Origin: Hydrurus foetidus
Lineage: Eukaryota
Reading direction: 5' to 3'
Length of the DNA stretch: 64,000 bases
Assembly (NCBI GenBank): GCA_900617105.1
Contig: UYFQ01000001.1
Location: 1,426,001-1,490,000, forward strand
Shown piece by piece: positions 1-9,845 of this stretch. Under the pieces are notes generated by a model. It was not told the origin of the DNA. It made no database searches and saw only the letters and a list, made by a program, of their open reading frames with translations. The position numbers were made by a program, and so were the translations under genes. Position 1 is the first letter of the stretch. Each line of letters begins with the position of its first letter.

Positions 1-1
1 G

Positions 2-391
2 CTATGGGAACTGGAACAGCGCCTGCGGGCCTGCGGACTTGACCCCACCGCCGCTTACGACGAACGCGCAATGGTGGCACCGTTTGAGGCCGAAACCCAA
101 GCCTGGATTGCCCACGCGGCCCCGGCGCTGGCGCATTGCGTGGTCAGCGGCACGGCGTTTTTGGATTTGGACGCGGTGGTGATTGACGGCTCGTTTTGCC
201 GCCCGCTGTTGCAGCGCTTGATCGAAACCATCCGCGCCGCCCTGCCCGCCTACAGCTGGGAAGGGCTGTGGCCCGCCACCCTGGTCGAAGGCAGCATCGG
301 CTCAGATGCCCGCGCCTTGGGCGGTGCGCTGCTGCCACTTCACGCCAACTTTGCACCTGACCGGGATTTGTTTTTGAAGGCGGCGGTTTAA
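2..391 (+). CDS. ROK family protein/transcriptional regulator, C-terminal part (runs off left edge)
   Basis: Open frame from the window edge; C-terminal VVIDGS and GSDARALGGALLPL segments typical of the ROK family. Confidence 0.75.
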   Translation, partial: LWELEQRLRACGLDPTAAYDERAMVAPFEAETQAWIAHAAPALAHCVVSGTAFLDLDAVVIDGSFCRPLLQRLIETIRAALPAYSWEGLWPATLVEGSIGSDARALGGALLPLHANFAPDRDLFLKAAV

Positions 392-462
392 AAGTAAAGT
401 GGCTGCCTGCAATCATGGCCCCATCAGCCTCCACGAAATCCGGGGCGATTCACCAGAGACTT

Positions 463-1098
463 TCAGGCTTTGAGCAAGCCCCACACCATGCGTACCAACT
501 CGTCTTCAAACGCTGGCGTGCCCAGCAAAGGCGAGTCTTCCAGCGAGGCACTGCGGATCGTGCCAATCACGGCTCGGGTGATGACAAACATCATCACTGG
601 CGTGGGCGTGCGCAAGCCGCCACCGTTCAGTTGCCCCAGCGCAATCGCATTGCGCTCTGCCCCTTCCCGCAACGCTTGGGTCATAACCTCGTGGTGGTCC
701 ATCCGCCAAGCCATGCGGATCATGGCGCGGCGCAGCTTGGGGCCACTGCCAAAAGACTCTACCAAGGTATGGATCATCTCGCGCACCACCTGCTGAGGCT
801 CACGCTGCTCATGCACGGCCAAGGTAAGCGTCACCTGAAGTTGATCCATCACGCGGCGGCGCTCCCGGTTGATCATCGCCACAACAATCGCCTCTTTGGT
901 GGGGAAATACTGGTACAGCGTGCCAATCGAAAAACCGGCTTTCTTGGCCACCTTGTTGGTGGTCAAACCCTGCTCGCCATCTTGTTCCACAATCTGAGCA
1001 GTGGCTTGAAAAATAGCTTCGATCGTGCGCTGTGCCCGCTCTTGAAGGGGCTGTTTACGCATGCTTTCAGAGGGAGCAGCAGTATTTTGAGGTTTCAT
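463..1098 (-). CDS. TetR/AcrR family transcriptional regulator
   Basis: HTH signature LTTNKVAKKAGFSIGTLYQYFPTKEAI; start placed at MKPQ (alternative 1125). Confidence 0.9.
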   Translation of the reverse strand: MKPQNTAAPSESMRKQPLQERAQRTIEAIFQATAQIVEQDGEQGLTTNKVAKKAGFSIGTLYQYFPTKEAIVVAMINRERRRVMDQLQVTLTLAVHEQREPQQVVREMIHTLVESFGSGPKLRRAMIRMAWRMDHHEVMTQALREGAERNAIALGQLNGGGLRTPTPVMMFVITRAVIGTIRSASLEDSPLLGTPAFEDELVRMVWGLLKA

Positions 1099-1151
1099 AG
1101 TCAGTGCGCTTAAAAACTGAGCCATAGGCGAGTTGTCAGCTCTACAAAGAA

Positions 1152-1171
1152 ACTGAATAATACTCAGTATT
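1152..1171. promoter_or_regulatory. Candidate TetR operator in the divergent promoter
   Basis: Overlapping palindromes ACTGA-N7-TCAGT (1152-1168) and AATACTCAGTATT (1159-1171) between tetR and the hydrolase. Confidence 0.4.
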
Positions 1172-1213
1172 TCGGTCAGTATGGCTGAGCAACGAACATG
1201 AAATGGATTGACC

Positions 1214-2059
1214 ATGACCACGCAACACATCCCCGTGCGCAAGCTCGAAGTTGACCTGAGCCAAGGCTTTGCACGCCATTGGCATGGTGGTGACGCTTTT
1301 CGCAGCCAGTATTACAACGCGCTGTCCATGAGCTTCCCTGTGGGTGAGCAATCGTTTATCGACGCGGTGCGTGAAGGGGTGAAACTGCTGCCCGATACAC
1401 CCGAACACACCGCCTTGCGCCAAACCGTAACCCAGTTCATCGGCCAAGAAGCCACCCACCGCCATGTGCATGGGCTGTACAACGCGCAGCTTGAGAAGCA
1501 GGGTTTGGTGAACCGCTGGCAACATTGGGCCAATGGGCGTATCGCTTACGGACAAAAAAGGGGGGTTAACGTGCGGCACTTGCTGGCCATCACGGCGGCC
1601 TACGAGCATTGCACCGCTGTGTTTGCCGACGGCACGCTGCGCTATAACAGTTGGTTTGAAGCCGCTGACCCTGCCATGCGCACGCTGTGGCGCTGGCATG
1701 CCGCAGAAGAAACTGAACACCGCGCCGTCGCATTCGATGTCTACCAAGCCGTGGGTGGCGATCACACATGGCGGATTCGCTGGTACCTGTATGTGCTGGT
1801 GCTGTTCACTTTCGATGCGTTTCGGCAGACGGCGCTCAACCTGTGGCACGACGGCACGCTGTTCAAGCCCAGCACTTGGTGGAATGCGGCAACGTTCTTT
1901 TTAGGCCGAGACGGCATGGTGTGGCGCTGCACCGGCCCTTTGCTGACGTACTTTAAACGCGACTTTCACCCTGACCAAGAGCACGCCCTACCGACTGCGC
2001 AGGACTTGGCTCAGGGGTGGTTGGTGGCGAATGCGAGGAGTTACCGGGTGGTGCGGTAA
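1214..2059 (+). CDS. Predicted metal-dependent hydrolase
   Basis: Motifs SMSFPVGEQSFI, QEATHRHVH, AAYEHCTA, WHAAEETEHRAVAFDVY, DFHP. Confidence 0.85.
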   Translation: MTTQHIPVRKLEVDLSQGFARHWHGGDAFRSQYYNALSMSFPVGEQSFIDAVREGVKLLPDTPEHTALRQTVTQFIGQEATHRHVHGLYNAQLEKQGLVNRWQHWANGRIAYGQKRGVNVRHLLAITAAYEHCTAVFADGTLRYNSWFEAADPAMRTLWRWHAAEETEHRAVAFDVYQAVGGDHTWRIRWYLYVLVLFTFDAFRQTALNLWHDGTLFKPSTWWNAATFFLGRDGMVWRCTGPLLTYFKRDFHPDQEHALPTAQDLAQGWLVANARSYRVVR

Positions 2060-2096
2060 CGCGCAAGCGCAACCCCTATCCCCATCTCTATTCGCC

Positions 2097-2516
2097 TCAG
2101 CTCACCACAACCCGCATCCATTCGGGCATCGTCACCGCCTTTTGTGAAGGGAAGTCCACCCAGATCGTTGTGGCACCGCCTTCGGCATAAACCACATTCG
2201 GATCGTCCGCGCGGCTCAAAGTACACCAACTCTCGAACGTGGTGCGGCCTGGGTCGCTGACGTACATCTTGGCCAGCACAGTGCCAGGGTATTCCAACTG
2301 TTTGTAGAAGTTGCAAAACGCATTCACGATCACCGGGCCTTGGCCTTCGGGGCTGGGAGTAGCACCGATGCTGTACATCCAGTCGATACGCACTGTTTCC
2401 AAGTAACGGAAGTAGCTGCCGTTGTTGACGTGGCCCATCGCGTCCATGTCGCCCCAGCGGATGACGATGGTGGTTTCGTACACCAGCTTTTTGGTGTCAG
2501 GGATGACGATTCGCAT
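2097..2516 (-). CDS. Acyl-CoA thioesterase (4HBT/YbgC-like hotdog fold)
   Basis: RWGDMDAMGHVNNGSYFRYLE motif. Confidence 0.9.
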   Translation of the reverse strand: MRIVIPDTKKLVYETTIVIRWGDMDAMGHVNNGSYFRYLETVRIDWMYSIGATPSPEGQGPVIVNAFCNFYKQLEYPGTVLAKMYVSDPGRTTFESWCTLSRADDPNVVYAEGGATTIWVDFPSQKAVTMPEWMRVVVS

Positions 2517-2542
2517 GAAAAATCCTTTGGCGTGAAGTTCGG

Positions 2543-3532
2543 TTAAGGGCTGCGATGGGCGCGTACAGAGCTGAGGATGCCCAAGGTGAACAGCACACAG
2601 GCCAGGGCTTGCGTGGCACTGGGCCAGTGGCCATCCCAGAGAAAAGTGTAGAGCAAGGCAAACAGGGTTTCACTGACGATCAATTGGCCGCACAGGCTGG
2701 CACTCAAGCGCTGGCTGGCGATGTTCCAAAGCACCGTCGCCAGCCACGCAGAGCCTACGCCAATTGCTATGCAAACAATAGCTGCTAACGCCCATCCAGG
2801 TTGCGCAAGCAGCACTTTTGAGTCTGTTCCTACACCCCAAGCCAACAGCAAGGCACCCAAGCCGGTAGCTATGCCCAGCCAGTTGGCCCAGTCCGTCGCG
2901 CTGACCTCGGGGTGACGCTTGAGCCATGCAGCATTGAGCAGGCTGAACGCCGTCCATGAGGCCATCGCCAACACGGCCAGCAGCACGCCACGCCAAAAAT
3001 TCACAGGGCCGTCAACATGCAAAGCGGTCAACTCGGACTGTGCCATCAAGCCCAAGCCCGCCACCGTCAACACCACGCCGGGCAGCAAACCGCTCCAGCG
3101 CAAACCCTGCGGCTTGCCCAGCACCATCACCCACAGTGGGATGATGCCGATGATGAGGGTAGGCACGGTGACACCGGCATCGCGCAGGGCTAACACCAGC
3201 AGCAAGTAGTAGCCAGTAAACCCCAGCACGCTGAACCCCAAGGCCGCCAGCGCCTGCTGCACCGTGGGGAGGCGCACAGGTAAACCCAAGCGCCGCGAAC
3301 CCCAAGCAGCCCACAGCATGGCCACCACCGAGGCTGCACCAAACGCTAAGAACCGGCCAGCAGCCAGATCGACGGACGACAAACTGGGAACCATGCGGGG
3401 TGCCACGAACACCAAGCCCCAAAGCGCACCGGCGGCGATGCCAGCGGCTAAACCACCCATCACGCCGCCCGCTACACCACGGTGTACACCCGCATCAACA
3501 CGAACATCGGCAGCAGCTTGCGTCAAGCTCAA
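2543..3532 (-). CDS. DMT/EamA family transporter
   Basis: About 10 hydrophobic helices, ALWGLVFVAP and GQLIVSETLFALLY; start uncertain. Confidence 0.8.
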   Translation of the reverse strand: MSLTQAAADVRVDAGVHRGVAGGVMGGLAAGIAAGALWGLVFVAPRMVPSLSSVDLAAGRFLAFGAASVVAMLWAAWGSRRLGLPVRLPTVQQALAALGFSVLGFTGYYLLLVLALRDAGVTVPTLIIGIIPLWVMVLGKPQGLRWSGLLPGVVLTVAGLGLMAQSELTALHVDGPVNFWRGVLLAVLAMASWTAFSLLNAAWLKRHPEVSATDWANWLGIATGLGALLLAWGVGTDSKVLLAQPGWALAAIVCIAIGVGSAWLATVLWNIASQRLSASLCGQLIVSETLFALLYTFLWDGHWPSATQALACVLFTLGILSSVRAHRSP

Positions 3533-4311
3533 ACGCCAAATCCGTCGTCAGCCGCAATCACCGCGCCATTCATGAAATGGCTCTGCCCGCTGGCCAGCAG
3601 CACCAGCAAGGCATCCAGGTCTTCAGGCTTGCCAATGCGTTTGCGGGGCAACATCTGGATGAGTTTTTGCCCCTGCTCGGTGTGCCAGTGGTGGTGGTTG
3701 ATTTCGGTGTCGATGTAGCCAGGGCAGATGGCGTTGACGTTGATCCCGTACTTGCCCCATTCCAAAGCCATCGCCTTGGTCATTTGCACCACAGCGGCTT
3801 TGCTCATGGCGTAGACACCGATTTGCGGCAGCACTTTCAGGCCAGCCATCGACGCGATGTTGATGATGCGTCCGCCGGTGTAGCTGCCAGGTGCCGCACC
3901 TTTTGCACGGGCCAACATCCGTTTGCCCACCTCTTGAGCGACAAAGAACGCACCTTTGACGTTGGTGTTGAAGACGAAATCGTATTCCTCTTCCATCACG
4001 TCTTGCAGGCGCTGCGTGGTGCTGACACCCGCGTTGTTGACCAAAATATCAATCGAGCCGACTTCAGTTTCCGCGTGGGCCACGGCAGACTTGATGCTGG
4101 CGATGTCGGTCACGTCCATCTCGTAGACATGCGCATCACCACCCTCGCCTTCGATGTGGGCACGCAGGTCTTTGAGTTTTTCGATACGGCGGCTGGCCAA
4201 AATCACGGCAGCCCCAGCGCGGGAAAGCGTTTTAGCGAACTGTGCGCCCAGGCCGCCTGAAGCGCCGGTGATGAAGGCGACACGGCCTGATAAGTCAATG
4301 TTGTAAGCCAT
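3529..4311 (-). CDS. SDR family oxidoreductase
   Basis: TGASGGLG, NNAG, YAMSK catalytic motif, VNAICPG. Confidence 0.93.
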   Translation of the reverse strand: MAYNIDLSGRVAFITGASGGLGAQFAKTLSRAGAAVILASRRIEKLKDLRAHIEGEGGDAHVYEMDVTDIASIKSAVAHAETEVGSIDILVNNAGVSTTQRLQDVMEEEYDFVFNTNVKGAFFVAQEVGKRMLARAKGAAPGSYTGGRIINIASMAGLKVLPQIGVYAMSKAAVVQMTKAMALEWGKYGINVNAICPGYIDTEINHHHWHTEQGQKLIQMLPRKRIGKPEDLDALLVLLASGQSHFMNGAVIAADDGFGV

Positions 4312-4353
4312 GAAAAATTCTCTTTATAAGTAACACAGGTGCAAGACAACTTG

Positions 4354-4389
4354 AAAAAAAGGCCGATAGCGGGTGGGCTATCGGCCTTT
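4354..4389 (-). terminator. Intrinsic terminator after clpA
   Basis: 13-bp stem aaaggccgatagc/gctatcggccttt with an A-run on + (U-tail on -). Confidence 0.75.
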
Positions 4390-4425
4390 GGGTTTCATGC
4401 CGCCAAGGGTGTGGCGCTCAGCAGC

Positions 4426-6780
4426 TTAGCCTGCCGTCGCCTCTTCCGGCTCGTTAGGCTCCACTTTCGCAGCGCGGCCTTCCTTTTTAGGCAGTGGCTG
4501 AATGTCCAACAGCACCTCTGGCTTGGTCACGCCCTTGTCGTCTGTCTTGTCTTCGATGTCCACCGTCAGGCGGCCACCATCGATCAAACGGCCAAACAGT
4601 AACTCGTCGGCCAGGGCGCGGCGGATGGTGTCTTGGATCAAACGCTGCATTGGGCGAGCGCCCATCAAGGGGTCAAAGCCCGTCTTCGCCAAGTGCTTGC
4701 GCAGCTTGTCGGTGAAGGTGACTTCCACCTTCTTCTCGGCGAGTTGCGTTTCGAGTTGCAGCAAGAACTTATCGACCACCCGCATGATGATGGTTTCGTC
4801 CAGCGCCTTGAAGCTCACGGTCGCGTCCAGCCGGTTGCGGAACTCGGGGGTGAACAAGCGCTTGATGTCGCCCATTTCATCACCAGCCGCACGCGGGTTG
4901 GTGAAGCCGATGGTGGACTTGTTCATGGTCTCGGCACCCGCATTCGTCGTCATGATGATGATGATGTTGCGGAAATCAGCCTTGCGCCCGTTGTTGTCGG
5001 TCAGCGTGCCGTGGTCCATCACCTGCAACAGCACGTTGAAGATGTCGGGGTGGGCTTTTTCGATTTCGTCCAGAAGCAGCACGGCGTGCGGCTTCTTGGT
5101 GACGGCTTCGGTCAGCAAACCACCTTGGTCAAAACCGACGTAGCCGGGAGGCGCACCAATCAGGCGGCTCACAGCGTGGCGTTCCATGTACTCGGACATG
5201 TCAAAGCGCATCAGCTCAATGCCCATGATGTAGGCGAGCTGCTTGGCCGCTTCGGTCTTGCCCACGCCGGTCGGGCCGCTGAACAAGAAGGAGCCAATCG
5301 GCTTGTCACCCCGGCCCAAACCGGAGCGGGCCATCTTGACGGATGCAGCCAGCACTTCCAGCGCTTTGTCTTGGCCAAACACCACGCTCTTCAAATCACG
5401 TTCCAGCGTTTTGAGTTTGCCCCGGTCGTCATTGGACACGTTGGCGGGCGGAATGCGGGCAATTTTGGCGACGATCTCTTCGATTTCGGTCTTGGTGATC
5501 GTCTTTTTGCGTTTGCTGACAGGCAAGATGCGCTGCGCAGCACCGGCTTCGTCGATCACGTCAATTGCCTTGTCAGGCAACTGGCGGTCGTTGATGTACT
5601 TGGCAGACAACTCTGCAGCGGCTTGCAAGGCATTGGCCGCGTATTTCACGCTGTGGTGCTCTTCAAAGCGCGATTTCAGGCCTTTGAGGATGTCGATGGT
5701 TTCGGCCACGGTAGGCTCTACCACGTCCACTTTTTGGAAGCGGCGGCTCAATGCAGCGTCTTTCTCGAAGATGCCCCGGTACTCTTTGAACGTGGTCGCG
5801 CCAATACACTTCAGCTGGCCGTTAGAGAGCGCGGGCTTGAGCAGGTTGGACGCATCCAAGGTGCCACCTGAAGCAGCACCCGCACCGATCAGCGTGTGGA
5901 TCTCGTCGATGAACAAAATCGCATTGGGCTTGTCTTTGAGCGACTTCAGCACGCCCTTCAGACGCTGCTCAAAATCACCCCGGTACTTGGTGCCCGCCAA
6001 CAGCGCGCCCATGTCCAGCGAGTAGACGATGGCTTCCGCCAAGATCTCAGGCACTTCTTTTTGCGTGATGCGCCAAGCGAGACCTTCGGCAATCGCCGTT
6101 TTACCCACACCAGCCTCACCCACCAGCAGCGGGTTGTTTTTGCGGCGGCGGCACAGGATTTGGATGGTGCGCTCGACTTCGTATTCACGGCCAATCAGCG
6201 GATCGATCTTGCCGTCCTTGGCCATCTGGTTCAGATTCTGGGTGAACTGTTCCAGTGGAGACGCTTTTTCGCTCTTCTCATTGCCGCCTTCTTCGCCTTC
6301 CGCAGAGGGTGCGTCACCCGCTTTGGCGGGTTCTGGTGGCTCGCTCTTTTTGATGCCGTGGGCGATGAAATTCACCACATCCAAGCGGGTCACGCCTTGC
6401 TGGTGCAAGTAGTACACAGCGTGGGAGTCTTTTTCACCAAAAATGGCGACCAGCACGTTCGCGCCGGTGACTTCCTTTTTGCCGTTGCCGGTGCTCTGCA
6501 CATGCATGATGGCACGCTGAATAACGCGCTGGAAACCCAGCGTAGGCTGGGTATCCACATCGTCAACACCGGCCACTTGGGGCGTGTTGTCTTTGATGAA
6601 ATTGGTGAGCGACTTGCGCAAATCATCAATGCTGGCGGTGCAAGCACGCAGCACTTCGGCTGCGCTCGGGTTGTCAAGCAAGGCGAGCAACAAGTGCTCG
6701 ACGGTGATGAACTCGTGGCGCTGCTGTCTGGCTTCCACAAAAGCCATGTGCAGGCTGACTTCCAGTTCCTGGGCAATCAT
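4426..6780 (-). CDS. clpA: ATP-dependent Clp protease ATP-binding subunit ClpA
   Basis: Two AAA modules (GEAGVGKT, GPTGVGKT), RFDMSEYMERH, GAPPGYVG; adjacent to clpS. Confidence 0.97.
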   Translation of the reverse strand: MIAQELEVSLHMAFVEARQQRHEFITVEHLLLALLDNPSAAEVLRACTASIDDLRKSLTNFIKDNTPQVAGVDDVDTQPTLGFQRVIQRAIMHVQSTGNGKKEVTGANVLVAIFGEKDSHAVYYLHQQGVTRLDVVNFIAHGIKKSEPPEPAKAGDAPSAEGEEGGNEKSEKASPLEQFTQNLNQMAKDGKIDPLIGREYEVERTIQILCRRRKNNPLLVGEAGVGKTAIAEGLAWRITQKEVPEILAEAIVYSLDMGALLAGTKYRGDFEQRLKGVLKSLKDKPNAILFIDEIHTLIGAGAASGGTLDASNLLKPALSNGQLKCIGATTFKEYRGIFEKDAALSRRFQKVDVVEPTVAETIDILKGLKSRFEEHHSVKYAANALQAAAELSAKYINDRQLPDKAIDVIDEAGAAQRILPVSKRKKTITKTEIEEIVAKIARIPPANVSNDDRGKLKTLERDLKSVVFGQDKALEVLAASVKMARSGLGRGDKPIGSFLFSGPTGVGKTEAAKQLAYIMGIELMRFDMSEYMERHAVSRLIGAPPGYVGFDQGGLLTEAVTKKPHAVLLLDEIEKAHPDIFNVLLQVMDHGTLTDNNGRKADFRNIIIIMTTNAGAETMNKSTIGFTNPRAAGDEMGDIKRLFTPEFRNRLDATVSFKALDETIIMRVVDKFLLQLETQLAEKKVEVTFTDKLRKHLAKTGFDPLMGARPMQRLIQDTIRRALADELLFGRLIDGGRLTVDIEDKTDDKGVTKPEVLLDIQPLPKKEGRAAKVEPNEPEEATAG

Positions 6781-6830
6781 AAATTTTCCTTTTTGCCTTG
6801 CTGTTGTGAAAAGAGTGAAGAGTTACGGTC

Positions 6831-6866
6831 AAAAGTAACTGTAAAAGTAACTGTAAAAGTAACTGT
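6831..6866 (+). repeat. 12-bp tandem repeat x3 (AAAAGTAACTGT) between clpS and clpA
   Basis: Three exact copies at 6831, 6843 and 6855. Confidence 0.9.
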
Positions 6867-6902
6867 ATTACGAACGAAAGAGTACGTTGGGGCAATGGTG
6901 AT

Positions 6903-7265
6903 TTATTCCAGTGGCTCGGCCACACATTGCAGCGGATGCCCATTTTTGCGCGCCGCTTCGGTGACTTGATCCACCTTGGTCGCAGCCACATCTTTGGAAT
7001 ACACGCCGCAAATGCCTTTGCCGTCCAGATGGATCTTCAACATGATCTGGGTAGCGGTTTCACGGTCTTTGCTGAAAAATTCTTGAATAACGACCACCAC
7101 GAACTCCATAGGCGTGTAGTCGTCATTGAGCAGCACCACTTGGTACATCTGCGGAGGTTTGGTGCGCTCAGTGCGCCGCTCTAGCACCACCGCGCCACCG
7201 TCATCACGCTCGGGCGGCTGGACTTTGGGCTTGGTAGGAGGGTTGGGGGTTTTCGTAGCCATCAA
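6903..7265 (-). CDS. clpS: ATP-dependent Clp protease adaptor ClpS
   Basis: [39 protein letters not shown]. Confidence 0.97.
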   Translation of the reverse strand: MMATKTPNPPTKPKVQPPERDDGGAVVLERRTERTKPPQMYQVVLLNDDYTPMEFVVVVIQEFFSKDRETATQIMLKIHLDGKGICGVYSKDVAATKVDQVTEAARKNGHPLQCVAEPLE

Positions 7266-7455
7266 ATCATTCTATAGGGAGGCGGGGTCGAGGTTTTTGG
7301 CTATGCTTCACTTGGTTGAACTTGGGCATGGGGGTGGGAATTTCAAGCGGTGGTGGCATTTGCTGAGGGCGATAATTCCGAATACCTCAGAAACCGCAGA
7401 ACACAGCGGACGCACAAGCGGCCCACTTACCATTTTCGCCCTTCTATCGCCAAGC

Positions 7456-7512
7456 ATGACCGCCCCTCTCCCCCACACCCCCATGATGGCCCACTACCCT
7501 CGGACGAATTAG
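7456..7512 (+). pseudogene. mutS: MutS N-terminal stub / putative attL of the integrated element
   Basis: Translates MTAPLPHTPMMAHYPRTN*, matching the MutS HTPMM(A/Q)QY motif; TACCAT -10-like hexamer at 7428; lies at the core/accessory boundary. Confidence 0.6.
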
Positions 7513-7554
7513 TTAGTGTTGTTTTTAAAGGTTTTTTTCTTATAAGTAATCCAC

Positions 7555-7655
7555 TAGTCCCCCTTTAGTCCCCATAAACAATGTAGGAACTTGACGGCAC
7601 TTGGGGGTGATTTTCGGCACTGTGCGGCAATGGTTTTGGGGGCTTCGGGGGACTA
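7555..7655. repeat. Integrase arm-type-like repeats
   Basis: TAGTCCCC at 7555 and 7566, inverted GGGGACTA at 7648, after an AT-rich spacer next to the putative att core. Confidence 0.5.
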
Positions 7656-7895
7656 AAAACGGGGTGTTTTTAACCCGGTTTTTGGGTGCTTTTGGGATCG
7701 CAAAACGATACCCAAATAACGAGTTGTTATCGCCGAATGGAGCCCAATGACCGGCGTTTGCAAGTTGCCATTTGAGCGGTCCACGGAAGGTTTTTCTTGC
7801 CTCGATTGCGACCGCCCGTGTAATGTGTTGAGTGGCCCGACTTATGCCGGCGACCTCATCGATAATTTCAAGAAAACCTACCAAGGAGACCCTCT

Positions 7896-9179
7896 GTGAT
7901 CCCATTCGAGCAAGCCAAAGAACTCAAAAAAGGCGATGTCGTCTTCGAGGGCAAATACACCGGCTACGTCGTCAAGACCAAAGTCGACGCGAAGGCGAAG
8001 AAGGTCACCATCACCTACACCGACGGCGCGCCCGGTGGCGACCAATTCGAGGGAACGAGCGAGAAGCTTTCGTTGGAAAAGGAAGGTGCTGCGCCTGAGA
8101 AGCCTCAGGCCGCTCCCACCCCGAAGGCCGTTAAACCCGGAAACAAGAAGGCTCGCAAGATATATCCAGAGCTCTCCCCACTCCCAAAGGCGACCGACGA
8201 ATTTTTGGTCCAGCTCAATGCTGGGCTCGCCCGTAACGCGCAGTGGGCCAGTCTGGAGTGTTTCGAAGAGGAACGCGCCCATATCGCCAAGACCCTTTCA
8301 GACAAGCTCGGCATTCCGCTGAAAGAGTTTGCCGACACCCCAGACACCGCATGCTTTCACTTCATGACGCTGGCGCTGGCGATCAGCAACTGGCTGCACA
8401 AATCGGCCTGGGCCGAGATAGAGGCGCGCGAAGAAAAGCCCATGAACCAATTCGAGGAATTGGCCCGGTCGAAGGCTATGGCTGCCATTCTTGTTCGCCT
8501 CTTCGGGCACTCTTATGTGCAAGACCTTGGGGAAATGGAAGGCTTGGGCCAGATGCTTAAAGCCTTCATCATGGCCTCGGGTGCCAATGAGACGATGCTC
8601 GGTCATATCCTCACGGCGCACACCTACGTTCGCCAATCGGCTCTATTGATGGCTGAATATCTTGCCGAAGGTTCCCCCGAGGGAGAGTCTCCCGTCAATG
8701 GAGCCTTCTTTGAGCCTTATGAATCCATGTTGGAGAACGACGAAGACGGTTTCATGCCGAAGGATGCAGTGATGGACGCGTCCATCCAAATCTACTCAAC
8801 CTTGGAATTCCTCAGCCAAAAGGCCAACCTACCGGTCTCTCTCGACAATTTGCCCGACGATGCTGCCAAGGCCCATCACTTTCTGCGCAACTACCTTATG
8901 TTTTCGGGGCTATACCGCACGCCTGCCACGCTCCAGCTCCGCAATCTGTCCTTCAAGGGCGCAAGCCTTGCTGCTGCGATTGATTCGTTGAGCGATGAAA
9001 AGCCGTTGGTTCTGATCGACTCCATTTTCCAAGATGGAGACGCGCTCAATATCGTCATCCCCTTCAACCCTATGTCCCATCAGCCGGACGCAAAGACATT
9101 TCCCCAACACCTGTCAAAAGAGTGCCAAAAGATGCCGACGATGCCGGCCATCGCCATCGCGTCCTATCCGATGTTTTAG
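7896..9179 (+). CDS. Hypothetical protein (427 aa)
   Basis: Long ORF with AAGGAG RBS before a GTG start; no recognisable family motif. Confidence 0.7.
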   Translation: MIPFEQAKELKKGDVVFEGKYTGYVVKTKVDAKAKKVTITYTDGAPGGDQFEGTSEKLSLEKEGAAPEKPQAAPTPKAVKPGNKKARKIYPELSPLPKATDEFLVQLNAGLARNAQWASLECFEEERAHIAKTLSDKLGIPLKEFADTPDTACFHFMTLALAISNWLHKSAWAEIEAREEKPMNQFEELARSKAMAAILVRLFGHSYVQDLGEMEGLGQMLKAFIMASGANETMLGHILTAHTYVRQSALLMAEYLAEGSPEGESPVNGAFFEPYESMLENDEDGFMPKDAVMDASIQIYSTLEFLSQKANLPVSLDNLPDDAAKAHHFLRNYLMFSGLYRTPATLQLRNLSFKGASLAAAIDSLSDEKPLVLIDSIFQDGDALNIVIPFNPMSHQPDAKTFPQHLSKECQKMPTMPAIAIASYPMF

Positions 9180-9221
9180 CTCGCTTTAACAATTAACTTA
9201 ATGGGCGGCATTCCCTGCCGC

Positions 9222-9833
9222 TCAGCGCAATTGAGAATTGCGAGTAAAAAGTCTGACTTTTTCTGCCGATTGGGCGACCTGATCAAACTCGTCGGTAAGG
9301 CTGATGTATTCGGAAACTTGCAGCATCTCCCCCACTTCATCACGGTCATCCATGTCTTCCGGCTGGCAGTCTTCGGGGATCGAAATGACCGCCAATACGT
9401 CAATGTCACCGAGGTCGGGCCGATCTGAGAGGTAGCTTCCGAACACATCAAGGCTCTCGACAAAAACCCTTGCCCCGCCCCTTCCGTTGGCGCTCTGTGC
9501 GGCGGCAATCAAGTCCTCGACGATCCGCTCGGCGTCAGCTCTGGGGAGGCGCGGCAGGTTCTTCTCATTTGCAAACGCCATCCCCTTGGACAATGGCGCG
9601 AGGCGATCGCGATCCAAAAAGCCGCCATCAATGAGTTCTGAAAGCAATCCGTTGGCTTGCGCCTGATCGCAACCGAAATGCTGCTCTATGAAGGCGCTGG
9701 TCAGTCGATTGGGAATGCGGATGAACTTGCCATCAACAAATTTATCGCCCGACTCCATAGCGATGAAGGCCAACAGAAGCTGTTGGACCTTGGCGGTCTC
9801 GAAATTTGAAAATGAAATTTGGGAGATATCCAT
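9222..9833 (-). CDS. Pol-beta-superfamily nucleotidyltransferase-like protein with N-terminal helical/wHTH-like region
   Basis: VFGSYLSDRPDLGDIDV (hGS..DxD) motif; last gene of the defence operon. Confidence 0.65.
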   Translation of the reverse strand: MDISQISFSNFETAKVQQLLLAFIAMESGDKFVDGKFIRIPNRLTSAFIEQHFGCDQAQANGLLSELIDGGFLDRDRLAPLSKGMAFANEKNLPRLPRADAERIVEDLIAAAQSANGRGGARVFVESLDVFGSYLSDRPDLGDIDVLAVISIPEDCQPEDMDDRDEVGEMLQVSEYISLTDEFDQVAQSAEKVRLFTRNSQLR

Positions 9834-9845
9834 CGATCGCAACCG

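Noticed and set aside
415..6969. Long + strand ORFs opposite tetR, SDR and clpA (also opposite the relaxase and glcB)
   Set aside because: Antisense shadows of GC-rich genes with no motifs
7300..7900. tRNA or integrase gene at the junction
   Set aside because: No cloverleaf or T-loop motif and no recombinase ORF here; the integrase is presumably beyond the right edge
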